Shown: positions 13,518 to 27,395 of the stretch, one piece after another | Layout: each line of letters opens with the position of its first letter | Numbering within the stretch: the stretch's first letter is position 1 | Assembly: GCA_052426225.1 (NCBI GenBank) | Contig: JBNJNM010000009.1 | Span: forward strand, 1,116,001 to 1,180,000 | Source of the DNA: Zancudomyces culisetae HAW-14-8 | Lineage: Eukaryota > Fungi > Kickxellomycota | DNA length: 64,000 nucleotides | Direction of reading: 5' to 3' | Program-made: the position numbers and the translations under genes | The notes under the pieces: model-generated | What the model was told of the DNA's origin: nothing | Databases searched by the model: none | Seen by the model: only the letters and a program-made list of their open reading frames with translations

Positions 13518-15871
13518 ATACAAAAAAAATGAAAACCTCTGTTAGCTTGAACTTAAATAAATATAATTGGGGTTTTGCCTCCCCTCTTATCTCTAAGCCT
13601 TGCTACATGAATTAAGATAGCCATTGCTCCATAACCCACTACCATTACAAATTTAAAAGTGTCCGTGCAAAAGCCCACAATTGACTTACCAGTTAAACCA
13701 ATAGTTTCTGTCCTGTATAAAACAACACAATTGCTAATTTGGGATTTGTCACTTTATTGTATTCTGTTTTGTTGATCAATTTTTTGATGCTAAAAATTCC
13801 CCAACAAAATGTTATTAACAAAGAATGTGAAATAGTTTGCACAAGAAAGCTATCCTCTTTTCAAGCTGGTGGTACTTCAAATCGCTTAGTTAGGCTATTT
13901 AAACTCGAGTATGTTTATTTTGTGTGATGAACTTGCAATCTCTCCAATTATCTCTGGGTATTTATATCTTTTTCCAAGGTGGAGGAGCACTTGCTTTTCT
14001 TCCTCTTTACTCTATTAACAAAAGTATTTCTCTGGATATATCTTCTTATCTACTCTCTCCCCTCATTTTCCATATCTTTCCATATCTTTCTCTTGATTTT
14101 TCCAACGTACTCTAGAACTATAGCACAAAATACTAATCATGCACGCTAATTTTTATTTTTATAAAAGCACATATCACCACTTTGTCCATAGCGTTTTCGT
14201 CTATTTAACTTTTGTTTAGACCAATTGCCTGATACCGTGGTAAATTAACACGGTTTATTGAATTTGTCACCTCACAAGATATATTTTCATTTTTACATGC
14301 TCAAATCCACTAATAAACAAATAAATAAAAGGTGATAACTTTTTCATTTCCACCTGGTGGAAACGTTGACTATTGGCCAGATTAAAATTTTCACACCTTG
14401 TTTAGCAAATAAAATTTCCACCGTTTATCAATTGAAAATTCCAGTATTTACAGATTCCCTCTGCCTATCGCCATGCAGATTTTTTAAGAACTACCTCGCC
14501 TATTTAGCTTTTCTTTGCGCACAAGTCCATCTTTTTTTTTTCCCTGCTCAACAGGTCTATAGATAGAAAATATGTTTGGTAATAAATTGCAAAAAAATTT
14601 TGTAATAATAACGATTATTTTGCTAAATTAATTGGCAGACCATGTTTAAAGGGGTCATTACCAAAGATAACCTTGTGATTGTTGGTGTTTCCGTTCCTCT
14701 TATCACACAACTACCGCCACAGAAAAAGCCATGACATACATGGTTACTACCAAGTTAAGTATTATTGTTATTAGCATAAAAAAATATCACAGACAGACAG
14801 TATTTTGTAATATCTAGGGGGTAGGTGAGGTGGGGTAAATTTATTTTTAACTTTTGACAGCGATGCAAGCATTTCGTCTGTGCCAACAAACTGAACTCCA
14901 TATAGCCAGGGTTTAGTTAAGCATACCTCATGCTAAAATTGTTCAATTGTTCAATCATTCAACCAGTTTATGTTAATATTATTAGATTAATATATTGTTC
15001 TTTCTTCATTAGATCAGTTTTGCATAAATGGCTTTCTTTTTAACAAACTTTTTAAACTCTGAGCTTTTTCATCATAAAAATGAACTTTACTGTCCCAATG
15101 GGAAAAAAAAAAGTTCTACCAGAAAATAATCATTTGCCAAAGTATAAACAAATATAGATAACTCCACATTGATGCACTATCAGTGTCATCGTTTAGGTTC
15201 ACCATTTTTTAGGAAATATGGGACTCCAGCTTTATTATCAATTCGTTCACTATAGTTTACATTTTTTGGAGACCGAGAAAAATGCCTTGTAAACCCGCTC
15301 TTTTACTAAAAACAAACAAAAGATACATCATGCTATTCAAAGTTCAAAGTACTTTCGCAAGAATGAAGCCATGCTCTTCCGGAAATTACCTCTAATTCTA
15401 TAATAAGACTTTATTATCTCTGAAATTTCACTTCTTGCATTTTTAGTAGCTATCTATTGTTCATGTATTAATATTAACCCATTTGCGAATTTACCTTTAA
15501 AAAAGATAATTATCCACCTTGAAATTTAAAAGTAACACCACTTTTTGTGTCTGTATTTTGTATCTGTAGTTTGATAAACCTCACATAGATTTCTTGCCAT
15601 ATATTTTAATGCTTGTACATGATCTTATACTTGTTATCTTTCTTCAATCCGCATTTTCTCTTTGGTGTTTATTTCAGTTAGTTGGTAATTCACCTATATT
15701 TCATTTAAGCCGTCGATTTTTCCTGCATCTTTACGGAGTGCCTGAGTTAAACGACCTTCTTTTTCTGTTGTTTACCTTTATTGATACTGAAATCTTTATA
15801 CTGGATTCTCTCAATCTAAATCAGCATATACTTTCATATCGAATTAAATGACTATAGACAACGTTGGGGAT

Positions 15872-16035
15872 GTATTACCTCATTACTATATTACTTCATT
15901 GCCCCATTACTTCATTGTCTCACTGCTTCATTTTCTTATTGCCCCATTGCTTCATTGCTTGACTGCTTCATTCTCTTATTGTCCCATTAATCCATCTCAC
16001 CATTATCCCATTGCGCTATTGTTCGCTTCCCCCAT
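15872..16035. repeat. Degenerate 8-bp-period minisatellite (CATTRCYY)
   Basis: About 20 units such as cattactt, cattgccc, cattgtct, cattgctt. Confidence 0.8.
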
Positions 16036-17174
16036 CGTTTGCACTTTTCTTTTTCTTCTCCCTAGTTAAAAGTTAATTAGCAGTAAAAGTCGAGTCGTTA
16101 CGCTGTATCACACTAGCCCATTTACACCAGATAATTTTCACAATTTGCATGCGATTTTCAGCTGTACATTATACGGGTATTACTAAAGTTAATTCCTCTC
16201 CCCTCCCCATACAATTGTCTTCCCAAAGAATTAATTGATATTGCCATGTGACTTTGAGGGTCCATGATTTTGAGTGGTCACGCTGTCCTGTTTTTTTTTT
16301 TTCATTTCGCTAAAGCCACCAATTCCAAGAATTATTTTTAATAAGGTTCAAAGTTTGGCAAATATGATTTTTATCATGCATTTTGTTTGAAACACACCCA
16401 TCAAAAGAGAAAACAACACCCACTATCCGCAATAAATTGGAATCGTACCATTTATCCACATCATCTGTTATGAACGCCAAGGTTTTCTTTTTTTCTTTTT
16501 CATGTTCTGCTTGAAAAGGCGCAAAGCAGAACTGGGTCTGTTTTTTTTTCGGCTATGAAACTGCGTTTTGTTTCTGTTTTTATTGTTACCCCTTGAAACT
16601 GCAAATTAGACTTTACAAAGAGCAGCGATATTCAAAAAAAAAGCTATATGTACATGATTAGCAACAAAATAACACTATACTGAACCAGCACAAAGGATAT
16701 ATGCCCCAAAATATTGATCAGGATCAAACTCTTATTTATTCCGTTTTTTTTGCCCATTTGTCACCCGCTTCAGTGCCAAATACTAAAATATCTCTAAAAT
16801 ATACCTATTGAAAAAAATAAAGTGGCGTTAAGCTTTTTGATAATATTATTTCCTTATGAAGCTGAAAGTTGGCTTTAACAAAATAACTTGTACAGAATAG
16901 GCAATCACCGAACATACTCGCGGTAGCTCCCATACACAATACTATTTTTTTTACAAAGGACACATCACTTTAATACGAAAGCACTACGACATCAGCAGCC
17001 ATAACTTAGTCCAAAAGACGTGCCAACCTATTGCTGTTTTATACCTCTGGATAGAAAATAGGCGGTCATAGTTATATTTACAGACAAGCAATATATATAA
17101 TATATTCATATGCGGTATGCACTAAATCTAAGACCAAGAGCTATATGTACTATCAAATGAAATAGAAAAAGCAG

Positions 17175-19127
17175 TTATATTTCCTCAAACTCATCGATAA
17201 CGGAAATGTTACTAGTGCTATTAGCACCGCTAGCACTATTTTGAGCATTTGGGACGTAGTTTCCGTGCTCATCAAACTGCTTTCCAGCCGCAACAGGCTC
17301 CTCTTCGTTCATCAAAAACTGTACCAATCTATCTATTGCCTCAAGTGCTTGCTGGTTAGTCTCTTTAAGATGTAGCTGTCTTAGAATTGGATAAACCTTT
17401 TTCTCTCTCAGATACTCGCGGCTAGATCTTTTTGTACACAGTAGGATAAGTGCCTCCAAAAGACTATTTCTAAGCGCTGGGTCAGTTTCGATTTTCTTGT
17501 CATCTCCCAAGAACTGAACTTCATCCGGCATACCATCCATATCGTTTTCGTCGTATTCATCATTTCCACATAATGGCAACAGAATGTATGGGAGAATGTT
17601 AAGCTCGTGTAGCAATCTTTCGTGTGCTTCCAAATCAAAGCAGACATTTCTATACCACCAAAGAAGAAAAAAAACGCGTTATTTCACAGCTAGTGAGAAA
17701 AATGCAATAGTACTTACTTTATGGATGATGCCACTCCTCCTCTCCTAATCAGTTCAGGATACTCGGAAAACACCATCACCTTAGTAATTGGAACTTCTCC
17801 GTCAAAACTCGCTCTGCTCACAAAGTATTTTACACCCTCTGTAGTCTACGTTCATGTAGTTTGATTAGTTTGATTAGTTTGATTAGTTTGATTAGTTATT
17901 AGTTTGATGACTAGTTTAGTGATTAATTTAGTTTCTAATTTATGTCCAGCTACCAGGTTCCTCAAATACAATTAAAATAGATAAATAAAAATAAATGATA
18001 TACTCACTGTTGAAATATCAGCAAAGGCACTAGCCAAAAAATGATAGTTTGCATTTTTGTTATACAAAGAGTCTACTCCCTTAACAAATACCTCTGTTAA
18101 TTGATCAATCGCTCTTTCACTTTCACAAAGATCTCCTGCTTTCTGAACATTTAGCTTTATAATCTTGTCAGTTATAGTCGGGTTCTTTGTTAAGTTTGAC
18201 AACAGCATACAGTATAAATCCGACACCAAGCTTGTTTTATCCTAAAACCATAAAATCCACTCTCAATAAATGTATGTTTCTTACTCTTTCCACAACCTTA
18301 TATATGAATTTTAATACTTCTTGAGTAGTGCAAACGTAGAAATTGCTAATTGCTTTTCTTTGGTACAACTTACCACTATCTTTTGAACAATCAGTTTCAG
18401 AGCCGAATCGCCTTCAAATAGTTGTCTAGCACTGGGTTCCGTGGTCAAGTTGATTAATATCTTTAGAGCATCGTGTGATGAAAGCTATGTCAGAGAAAAA
18501 TAAATCGATATTAAGCGAACTGTTAAGTTGTGTTCGCTTTATTCCGCTTCTTAATCAGTAATAACTAGCGGAAAGCTAGTAAAAATGGAGTGTAAAAAAA
18601 TATTAAAAAAATATCAAACCGCTAGCTAAATCAACTCTTTGACTTACATCGTCCATCATACACTGTTTCAACAAGGGTGGAACTACATTTTTCGCCTCTG
18701 AAAGAAAAAACTCAAAAAACTCGCTTCCTGGGCTTGTGAAGCCTGAGATGTAGTTTGCCGCATACGTTCTTATCTAATAACCGTTATTCATAATACTTTA
18801 GCATCCAATGTAGTTGGTGGGTAAATATATATAAATTATAAAAAGAAACTAAAAATGGATCTTTTTCATCAAATGTCACTGTATTCTAAAAAAATAAACC
18901 ATGTTCATATATTTATGATTGTGCTACCATCACATAAATTAAAAACTTACATCATTTCTTTCGTGTGAAAGAAAGCCGATCAGCTATTTTTGATTTGTAT
19001 TTTGTTTGGTTATAAGAATTATCAGAAATTTGCTTGTACAAGGCCTACTGCTGTAAAATACAGATAAAATATAACATGAGAGAAGGATGTCTAAAACTTT
19101 TGTGCTTACTTCTTTCAATTGATCCAT
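17175..19127 (-). CDS. HGH1: Hgh1/FAM203 eEF2 chaperone (ARM-like), multi-exon
   Basis: Exons read MDQLKE / LIGFLSHERND / IRTYAANYISGFT.. / HDALKILINLT / CMLLSNLTK..YHFLASAFADIS / IRRGGVASSI / ILPYILLPLCG..REYLREKKVYPILRQLH. Confidence 0.92.
17857..17938 (-). repeat. 9-bp tandem repeat (ATCAAACTA)n inside an HGH1 intron
   Basis: Four perfect units plus degenerate units, inside intron 17846-18007. Confidence 0.85.
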
Positions 19128-19894
19128 TTTCGATAGCATATACTAGTGCGAAAAATATGTAAGGAGTTTTTGGATGGTTTTTGGATTTGTCAACTTTTCA
19201 AAACGAATTCTAAAAAAAAATTTTATTTTGATGCGCTATATAAGCTTTCAATTAACCAAAATTGTGCCAATGTTAAGTTTATTGGACGATCCTGGAATGA
19301 TCTAATGACAACTTTATGTACAAACTAACATTATGCCTGTTGTAAATGGAAGTGAAAGTAGAATAATTTTTGATATTTTCTGAGATAGTGAGAAGGCGAG
19401 GAGCTAAAAAATCCTATACTAGCTCATTCTACACTATGTTAATACACTTGAAAGTTGAAAAAATAGTCTATAAACACTCAACTGGTTCGATAAAAAAAGA
19501 AAAGCGTATGTGTGTATCGTCGAAATCATAAGCATCACGTACTAGAGCGATTTTATTATCAACCTAGCTGATGATGTAACTTTCCCTAAATATGCACTTT
19601 TATCTTTTATCTTTTCTTCTCTTTTCTTTGCTTATTTTCAACGGGATCACCCATCCTAGGCATAGTGTAACCTTCCATACATGAAGTTCTGTCCTACAAA
19701 ATACAAGATCATTTATTCAAATAACACATGGAATTGAGTACTAGCCTATCTCATCATCCTGGCCTTGAAAAATACTTAAAACTACAAAAACTACAGTGTC
19801 ACCACCTCTCCTCTCCTCTCCTCTGTGGTGGTATGTTATTTCTACAACTCCTTCTCGACGCCAGTGATGTTGCAGAACAAAAGAAGAGGCCGTT

Positions 19895-20776
19895 TTAATC
19901 CACGTCCATATATTCAAGACCGTGGGTCTTTTTAGCCAAGGAATTAGGCGGTAAAAATGCTACTTTTTCAGCACAAACATCTGTATCATTATCATTTTGA
20001 TATCCCATCGAGCTATTGGGATCTTTTCGGTTGATTACTGACTGATTCTTTTGGTCAGTATTTATTTGGTAGGACTGAGGAGATTTGTATAGCACTAGTG
20101 TTCCAGAATCCCTAGGAGATTCGATTTCTGGTGGTTTTAAACTGGATTTGGCGGTGGTTTTTTTGAGTAGCAAATCTAGTTGTGTGTTTTTACAAATAAT
20201 TTGCCTCAAATCAAAAAGAGTGTCAGGGATCTGTAGATTCTGTGGATGTGCCATCAAATCCGCAAAGAACGGGTTTTCCTCGGTTCCAATTAAATCTTTC
20301 TCCGCCATACCCCTTTTTTCTATATCGGAAAAACATTGGTTTTTGGCAACAAAAGCTTGAGTATTTGGTAGTATTGTGTTGCACTCGTGCTCATTTCGAC
20401 GTTTATATTCATCTTCGCTCAAGGAATTCCTCGTATTTTCAAGGCTATTTTTATCAATTTCGTCGTCTGGTGCCTCGTTGCTTTTATTTTTATATTTGAC
20501 ACCATACATTCTACGTACCCTTTTAGTTGATTTCATAAAGGCATTTACCATATCTGCCGGTAATGTATCTCTGCAGTCTAGGTATATATAAATTAGCCGA
20601 GTTAGTCTCGATGTTTAACAAATAATACAAACCCTAAAAATCTGTACATAATATTGTGTTTTACCTCCTACTATGGCTCTTTTCCTTTTCATGCGCCTTT
20701 CCATTGGTATATTTTGCCTTTGTGCGTCCTTCGGTGTTGCATGGGGCTGGTGACCGTAAACGTTATAATATTCCAT
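19895..20776 (-). CDS. Hypothetical low-complexity protein, two exons
   Basis: ATG at 20776 (MEYYNVYGHQPH..MKRKRAIVG); phase-1 GT-AG intron at about 20664-20578 joins in frame to the 218-aa ORF; ends MDVD. Confidence 0.65.
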
Positions 20777-22809
20777 TTCAATCATTGCTGAAATTAATCT
20801 TGAATTTTATTTACACTACATTTGATTTGTATATCTGGGACATTAACCTTGAGAAATACTTTGTTTGTCTTTAATATACACATATTTGTTATGCTCGCTC
20901 CTATATCAACTGTACATATTTTACACGAATAGAGAGAATTTATGGGCTTTGGGAGGGGGAGTTTAAACCGCCAATTAACTTTTATTTATTTGTTTTTTCG
21001 TTCGAATTCCATTCGCTTCTATGATTTAAATCTCAAATTGTAATCTTCATAATTCTTTGTTCTTCGCGGTTCCCTTTACAAATCCCCAGGAACGCAGTTT
21101 ATCTGAGGTTATGCAAATACCACTAGTGTTTCAGCAACTAAAATGCGATCAGAACCAGTTAGTGGAACCCCCAGAAGCTGCAATTTTCCACAGAATTCTG
21201 TTAAACTCGCTTTTTTTTATGTGATAAAATGGTTGCTGAACTTGTGCAGAAATGTCACAGTTAGACACCATAAAGACGCATAAAAAAATATGTTTAGTCA
21301 TGTTTATAGACTTGAAATATAGCAACAATGTTTATAACCGTCACAAAAAGTAGTACTTAATAGGCACCTTCAGGTTACACAGTATAAAAGTATACACACA
21401 TGAGGCCATTTTACACGCGATATTGGAATGCCCAAGTGCTGAACCATATTCAAAAAAATTCACTATCACCTTGGATTTTTTTACCTATGGAAGGTAGTGC
21501 CATTATATACCATGCAAAGAGTTCAAAAAAACGACAGAAGACATGGGTGGCATTGCTCTGTTTTGTTTTTTCCCTATTATTTGTAACTTGTCCTTTTGGC
21601 GCCAATAAGAATGTTGGTACTAGCTTTGCACTATAAAGAGTATTCGCGTAGGTAAACGGAAAGTCAACAGTCAATTTTATACTGTAGTGGCTTAAAAGGG
21701 CAAGTGGACTCCTTTGTTCTGGTACAATATTTTCTTTAGTATTTTCCCCATGTGTACAAGGCAAAGTCTGATGTTCCGACATTTTTTTAAAATATATGCG
21801 AGATTTTCACTACAATTAAATGGGATGATATGTTAAATCACGGGACGTATAATGATGGTTAAAAATACTCGATACTTTGGACGATATAACAGCATGTAGA
21901 GATACCAACTCCTAGAGATGAGACTGGGTATGTAGCTCACTATCCAACCAGGGGTTGAATTGCCTGCTACAGGGGGAGGGGAATTGAACTGAATTTTTAG
22001 GTACTACACGTGCAGCTATATTTTACAGATTGCAGTTTGATTTTTGGGTTTCCGAAGTTTGTACACGTGTATTGTAAATTCCAGTACTTTTTTATACTTT
22101 ACAAGTGATATATTGTGGTTGTAAAATGTCAGATATTGAATGACTTAATTAGGAAAATAATCCATATTTCAGCTAATATTAGTTTTAGTAATTTGAGTTC
22201 GCATTATGTAAATTATAGATGCAATGAGCAAAAAAAAAAATAGTATGGCTAAAGTGCTGCATTATTTTAGAAGTGTATTTTCAGTTAGTAGATTGGATTA
22301 TCAAAGACAATAACAGTTTGGTGATTTATACTGAAAATGGATAAATATTGAAACAACATTGCTACAAAAAAATTGGCAAACCTTGAATAAAAAAAATTTT
22401 TTTTTGGAGAAAAGTATGGGTAATTCGTTACTTGGATTTGCCGCTTGATTGTTTCTCCTACTTTCGGCTGGTTTTATCGTTGTGTGTGTGTATCACGCTT
22501 CACAAATGGAAAATAAAATGGATAATGTTGATTATAGCAAAGAATTTGCGGTATAAACACCCTAGACCTTTTCCAAAATCGGCTATTTTTGTTTACTTAA
22601 CATAGATAACATAAGACAACAGTTTCAGTTTTCTTTCAAACTTGTTTTATTATGTTGTTTATTAGATGTATTTTTTATGTTCAGCAATAAATATTTATTA
22701 TAAGGCTGGATATACCCTAGGGCGTTTTTGTATATTCTTTTCAAAATTTAACACGGCCTAGTGCGTCAACTTGAACATATACCTAAATAAAGGCAATTAT
22801 CTACACAAA

Positions 22810-23780
22810 ATGATGTCCATAGTAAATTCAATACTAGAATGGCTGAAACGTCTATTCTGGAAGGAAGAAATGGAGGTGACACTTGTAGGTTTACAGAATT
22901 CGGGGAAAACAACACTGGTTAATGTAGTAGCGGTAAGTTCCACGGCCTTTTTATGTTTTCAGCAAAATGATCTTGATTGCTATCATTCGTTTTATTTTCT
23001 TTGGCTTTATTCCACTTTTACAATAATATCATCCACTTAATACTGGGTCCGACTTTGAAAAAAATTAATATTAACAATAGTCCGGGCAATTTCAGGAAGA
23101 TATGATTCCCACAGTGGGATTCAACATGAGAAAAGTAACAAAGGGTAATGTTACAATCAAACTGTGGGATGTTGGTGGCCAGCCAAGATTCCGGAGCATG
23201 TGGGAGAGGTATTGTAGGGGTGTAAACGCTATACTGTAAGTAACACTCTCTTTTTGTTTGTTTTTTTGTTTGTTTATTTTGACAGCTTTTTTTAAAGCGT
23301 GTATTGGTTCGCTAAAAGGCCAAGATAAACCGCGACTCTCATGATTGATGTTAAATGAAAATGGACCACTATTTAATATAGATTTGTGGTTGATGCAGCC
23401 GATCACGCCAAACTTGACCAGGCAAGGGCGGAGTTATGGAGTCTTCTTGAGAAAAATATGCTTGCTGATATACCAATCTTGGTTTTGGGAAATAAAAATG
23501 ACCTGGATACCGCACTACCGGCGGAAAAGCTGATTGAAGCCTTGTAAGTGGTCTTATCTTATGTCTGCTATGCTATGTAAAGGTGTACTTTTTCTCAGAT
23601 ACTAGATCGAGATGCGATGATTATTTTTTATTGATGGGTGTATTTATTGACTTGAGTAGAAAACTGGATAATATTTCAAACAGAAACGTTGCCTGTTATT
23701 CGATTTCTGCGAAAAATCAGACAAATATAGATATCACTCTCAAATGGCTCATAAAAAATTCAAAAAAGGACACCAGTTAG
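22810..23780 (+). CDS. ARL8: Arf-like GTPase Arl8, multi-exon
   Basis: [66 protein letters not shown]. Confidence 0.96.
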
Positions 23781-25178
23781 ACACCCTTTCACAATTACCA
23801 TCCGTGAAGCCACAGACACAATTCCTTACATTTTTATTTATGCGTATATTTACCTGTGGCATACGCAGTACCAGCTCCTCTATCCTTGCATCTAACCGCC
23901 ATTGCTATAAGAGTATTACTCGGTATGCAACAGTTTTGGTCTTCCATTTCAAAATATTTATTTAATCACTAATATTTTTAGACAACCTTATTTTTTTTAG
24001 AGTTTTCAGTATTATATCCAACGTTTACATAGCTCATATGTTACTGCCAGCCATATTCATATCAAAGATAGTATTTGTAGCTAGATGACCTGGGTTTTCT
24101 GTTTTAAGAAAAATGTATCTATTAGCTTCTCTGCTAGGATAAGATACTAACCTTAGGATGTTGTTATTTTTGTTTGATATTGATAAGCTATAATATTCCT
24201 TGCTACTTGGCGACTTTTCTATAATTTTTTAGATATTTTTAAATAAATTATTGATATATTTCCAAAAGAAGGTTGAACGACTCTAAGTATAACCACATTG
24301 CTGTTTAGAAAAGCCAAATAGTGAAAAGTATGTTTATCTCGCTTTTGAGCAGGTCCAAAGTTGGTTATAGCATCTGATTGTTCAAAAAATGCCACCTATT
24401 CAGTCATCAATATGCGACGCATAAGGAACTTTAAAGGAGATCGGAGCGATTGGATTAAGTAGGGCATGGAAAAAAATCAAATAGTGGCATAGATTTGGTA
24501 TATTAACATCAAGCGGTTCAACCTGGCTATTTTGCTCAAACATATATGTTTTCTATTATCACTTCTTTCCATTTTCTAAAAACAAAACAAAAAAAAACAA
24601 AACAAAAAGAAAAGAAAAGAGAAACAAAGAAAAAAGGTCACATGCCACATGCGTGTTATAGCAAGGACTGTCAATATATCCCCGGATTAATACACGACGT
24701 AATTACTTTTTTTTTTGCATAACATTGATGATGGCTTTAATCATCTACATTAACAACAGATTTATAATCACTATTGTGCTTTTTTTGAAAGACGTCGGCT
24801 TTTACTTGGTACATACATGAAATATGCAGCAAACAACGTTATATGCTACTTGTGTATGTCAACTTGCGTGTTAATTTAGTTGAGGATACATAATGGATAT
24901 CTGGCCAATCAAATAAGAGACTGATGTTGCAAGCTTTAGCGAAATCAAACCAGAATAGTTTTCGTGTGGGATGGTTTTGCTCTCATCCCAATTTTTAGCA
25001 TTCAATTTATTTAGAGTAAAATTTGGACTCGAATTTGAACTTGAATTATAGTTATAATTAGCATTTGCATTTTTGCTTTTAGACGACTTTAAAGTACATG
25101 TAGATTTATTGGCACTAGATTGTCAAGTTCAGCTATAGCATATAGAAAGATTAACGCTAAAATAACAAGGATAAACCG

Positions 25179-26795
25179 ATGTGGATGTTAAGTTTCTTAA
25201 AGGTAACATTTAGATTAAAATCGATTTTTCATCTTTTTCTCTTTTTGAGACGTTATCGGAGCCCATATATTGCGTACCAAAAACTCTCAAAGTGGGGAGT
25301 TTTTTATTATTGAAATCTGCATAAAGACAAAGTACTACAATCAACAGAAAGATTAAACAAGCTGACAACACACTACAAATAGAAAAGCAAAAGCTACGAA
25401 TCCATTTTAGAGGAGATTGAAAGCAAAATCTCCAAGGCGCGGATAGACAGAGAAAAGACAATACTGAGAAAACAATGGATTAGCACAACATGGGTTTTAT
25501 ACTCCGGAGTAGTCTGGGGCGTATTCACAGCGGGGTTCTGGTGGTATGCGATAAAAAATGAGTCTCAGCTAACCACGCGATCTTATGGCTTGTGTGTCTT
25601 TACAGCATGTGCAGGGCCATTGATGTAAGTAAACCGTGATTTCGGTGTGTGAATGTGTTTAGTGCTATTAAAAACAAAGGAGTCATACACTTTATTTATA
25701 TTTGTGTACTTGTTGAATATTACAATTGATGAAAAACTATAACGGAAATAGAATATACTACACAAACAAGATTGTTGCGCGGATTTACGATAACAGTATA
25801 AAGAAACAAGGCAAGTTAAATACAACTAGAATGTTACCAGGAATGCTTCGTTTATATTTTGGCGACATTCTGGATTTAGTTCTTTTTTTTGAAATACCAT
25901 CGAAACAGCTAATATATAATTTTTCAATAATAGATCTCAAAATATCAGAGCTTGTGGAACAAAGAAAAAAAAAGGTAGGCATTAACTGGATAAATAGCGT
26001 GATTTTCTGTTTCTAACTTTTTCAAAATTCCATGTGTAGGTTGACGAGCTTAAAAAAGATACAAAATTCGAAGAAATGAAACGGCTGATCGATAAATATG
26101 ACGCCGATTCCCAATCTGGGTCTACTCAAACCAAAATCAAACCGGCACCTTCTGTTTCTTCGCAAGTTCACAATTTAGGGAAAAAAGAGGGTACAGGAAG
26201 AGTGCCACGTGGCGTAGACGTATCTGCTGCGAATATTCCCCGAAACGTAGTGTCTTCGGGACAACCAGACCAACAACAAAATAATGTACGACAGATACCT
26301 ACTCTGCAAGCGAGGCACGAGGGTGAAGTAGGTGTTGTTCCACTAAACAGGCATCAAAGCACTCCCGCGACGGTTCCATGGCTTGAAAAATTCGTGGATA
26401 GAATAGTGGGGGACGATGAAACCGCCAAAACGCGCTATGCGCTTATATGCAAGAAATGCTATTGCCATAACGGGCTAGTCTTAGAAGAAGAAATTCGAAC
26501 TATCCAGTATTATTGTCCGAAATGTTCGTACTTTAATGCTAGTTTAATTTCACTGGAGCAGAAAAAAGTAGAAATTACAGCTGAGCTTATGAACCTCGAT
26601 GAAAAGAACACAGATATAAATACAGTTCGGCCAGCGAAAGATGACTTAGGTACGGATGAAAAGCAAAATCCCGAAACCCCTGAAATGAAGACACCTACTA
26701 AAGCCGAAACAGAAAATTCTAAACCCAGCAAGAGTCCCAAAAATCGAAACAGCGCTAAAAAAGCCAAGTCTCACCAAAAAAAGTCCTCGAGTTAG
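25179..26795 (+). CDS. LNP1: Lunapark ER-junction protein, multi-exon
   Basis: YESILEEIESKI, two TM segments, coiled coil (ELKKDTKFEEMKRLIDKY), WLEKFVDRIVG, C4 zinc finger ALICKKCYCHNG..YYCPKCSYFN; the first exon (MWMLSFLK) is less certain. Confidence 0.9.
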
Positions 26796-27395
26796 TATAA
26801 ATGTATACTGGTGATGACATACGTATGATATTTTCGGTTTGTTTACGCCTTTACGACAAGTACACTGCACCCAATTTGTAATAGATAAATACACAATGTT
26901 CTTATTCTTCTTATTTTTTTTCTCTTTATTAAAGCTACTAATTGATTTAAATGATATTTCATGACTTGCTTTGCTGCTGTGCTTATCTCTGTTTTTTATT
27001 TATGAGCGATTTTTTACCACATTTAACTATGTCTTGGTCTTCCTTGTTGAGCTTGGATGTATAGCCGGTATTTAAAAACGCCTGCCATTTTTGCTGGAAA
27101 TATACACATGTGTACATAGTGGTCTTTCTCTTACAACCATTTTGGAACAAATACTCATATCTCCTCACCGTTACTAGCGCATACGGATTGTCAGAGTTCC
27201 CACCATTGCAAAGTCCTTCGTATTCGACTTTGGGGCAAGGCGCGATAACATTATTTTTTTTCATAAAGGTTCGTGTAATCAGGCTTCGTTTCCTCTTTTT
27301 TCTTTTGAAATTACATCATAACAAAACATAGTATAAGAAACATAAAGTTGGAATTAGGAAAAATACAAGTTAAATATTTAGGTATGTAGAGCAAG

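Noticed and set aside
13470-14800. About 10 WGATAR sites upstream of PCK1
   Set aside because: Only about twice a rough chance expectation in AT-rich DNA
21450-21782. 110-aa ORF in the divergent spacer before ARL8
   Set aside because: No recognisable motif or coding-like composition; probably chance
26983-27264. 93-aa ORF downstream of GID8
   Set aside because: Lies in probable 3' UTR space with no recognisable family
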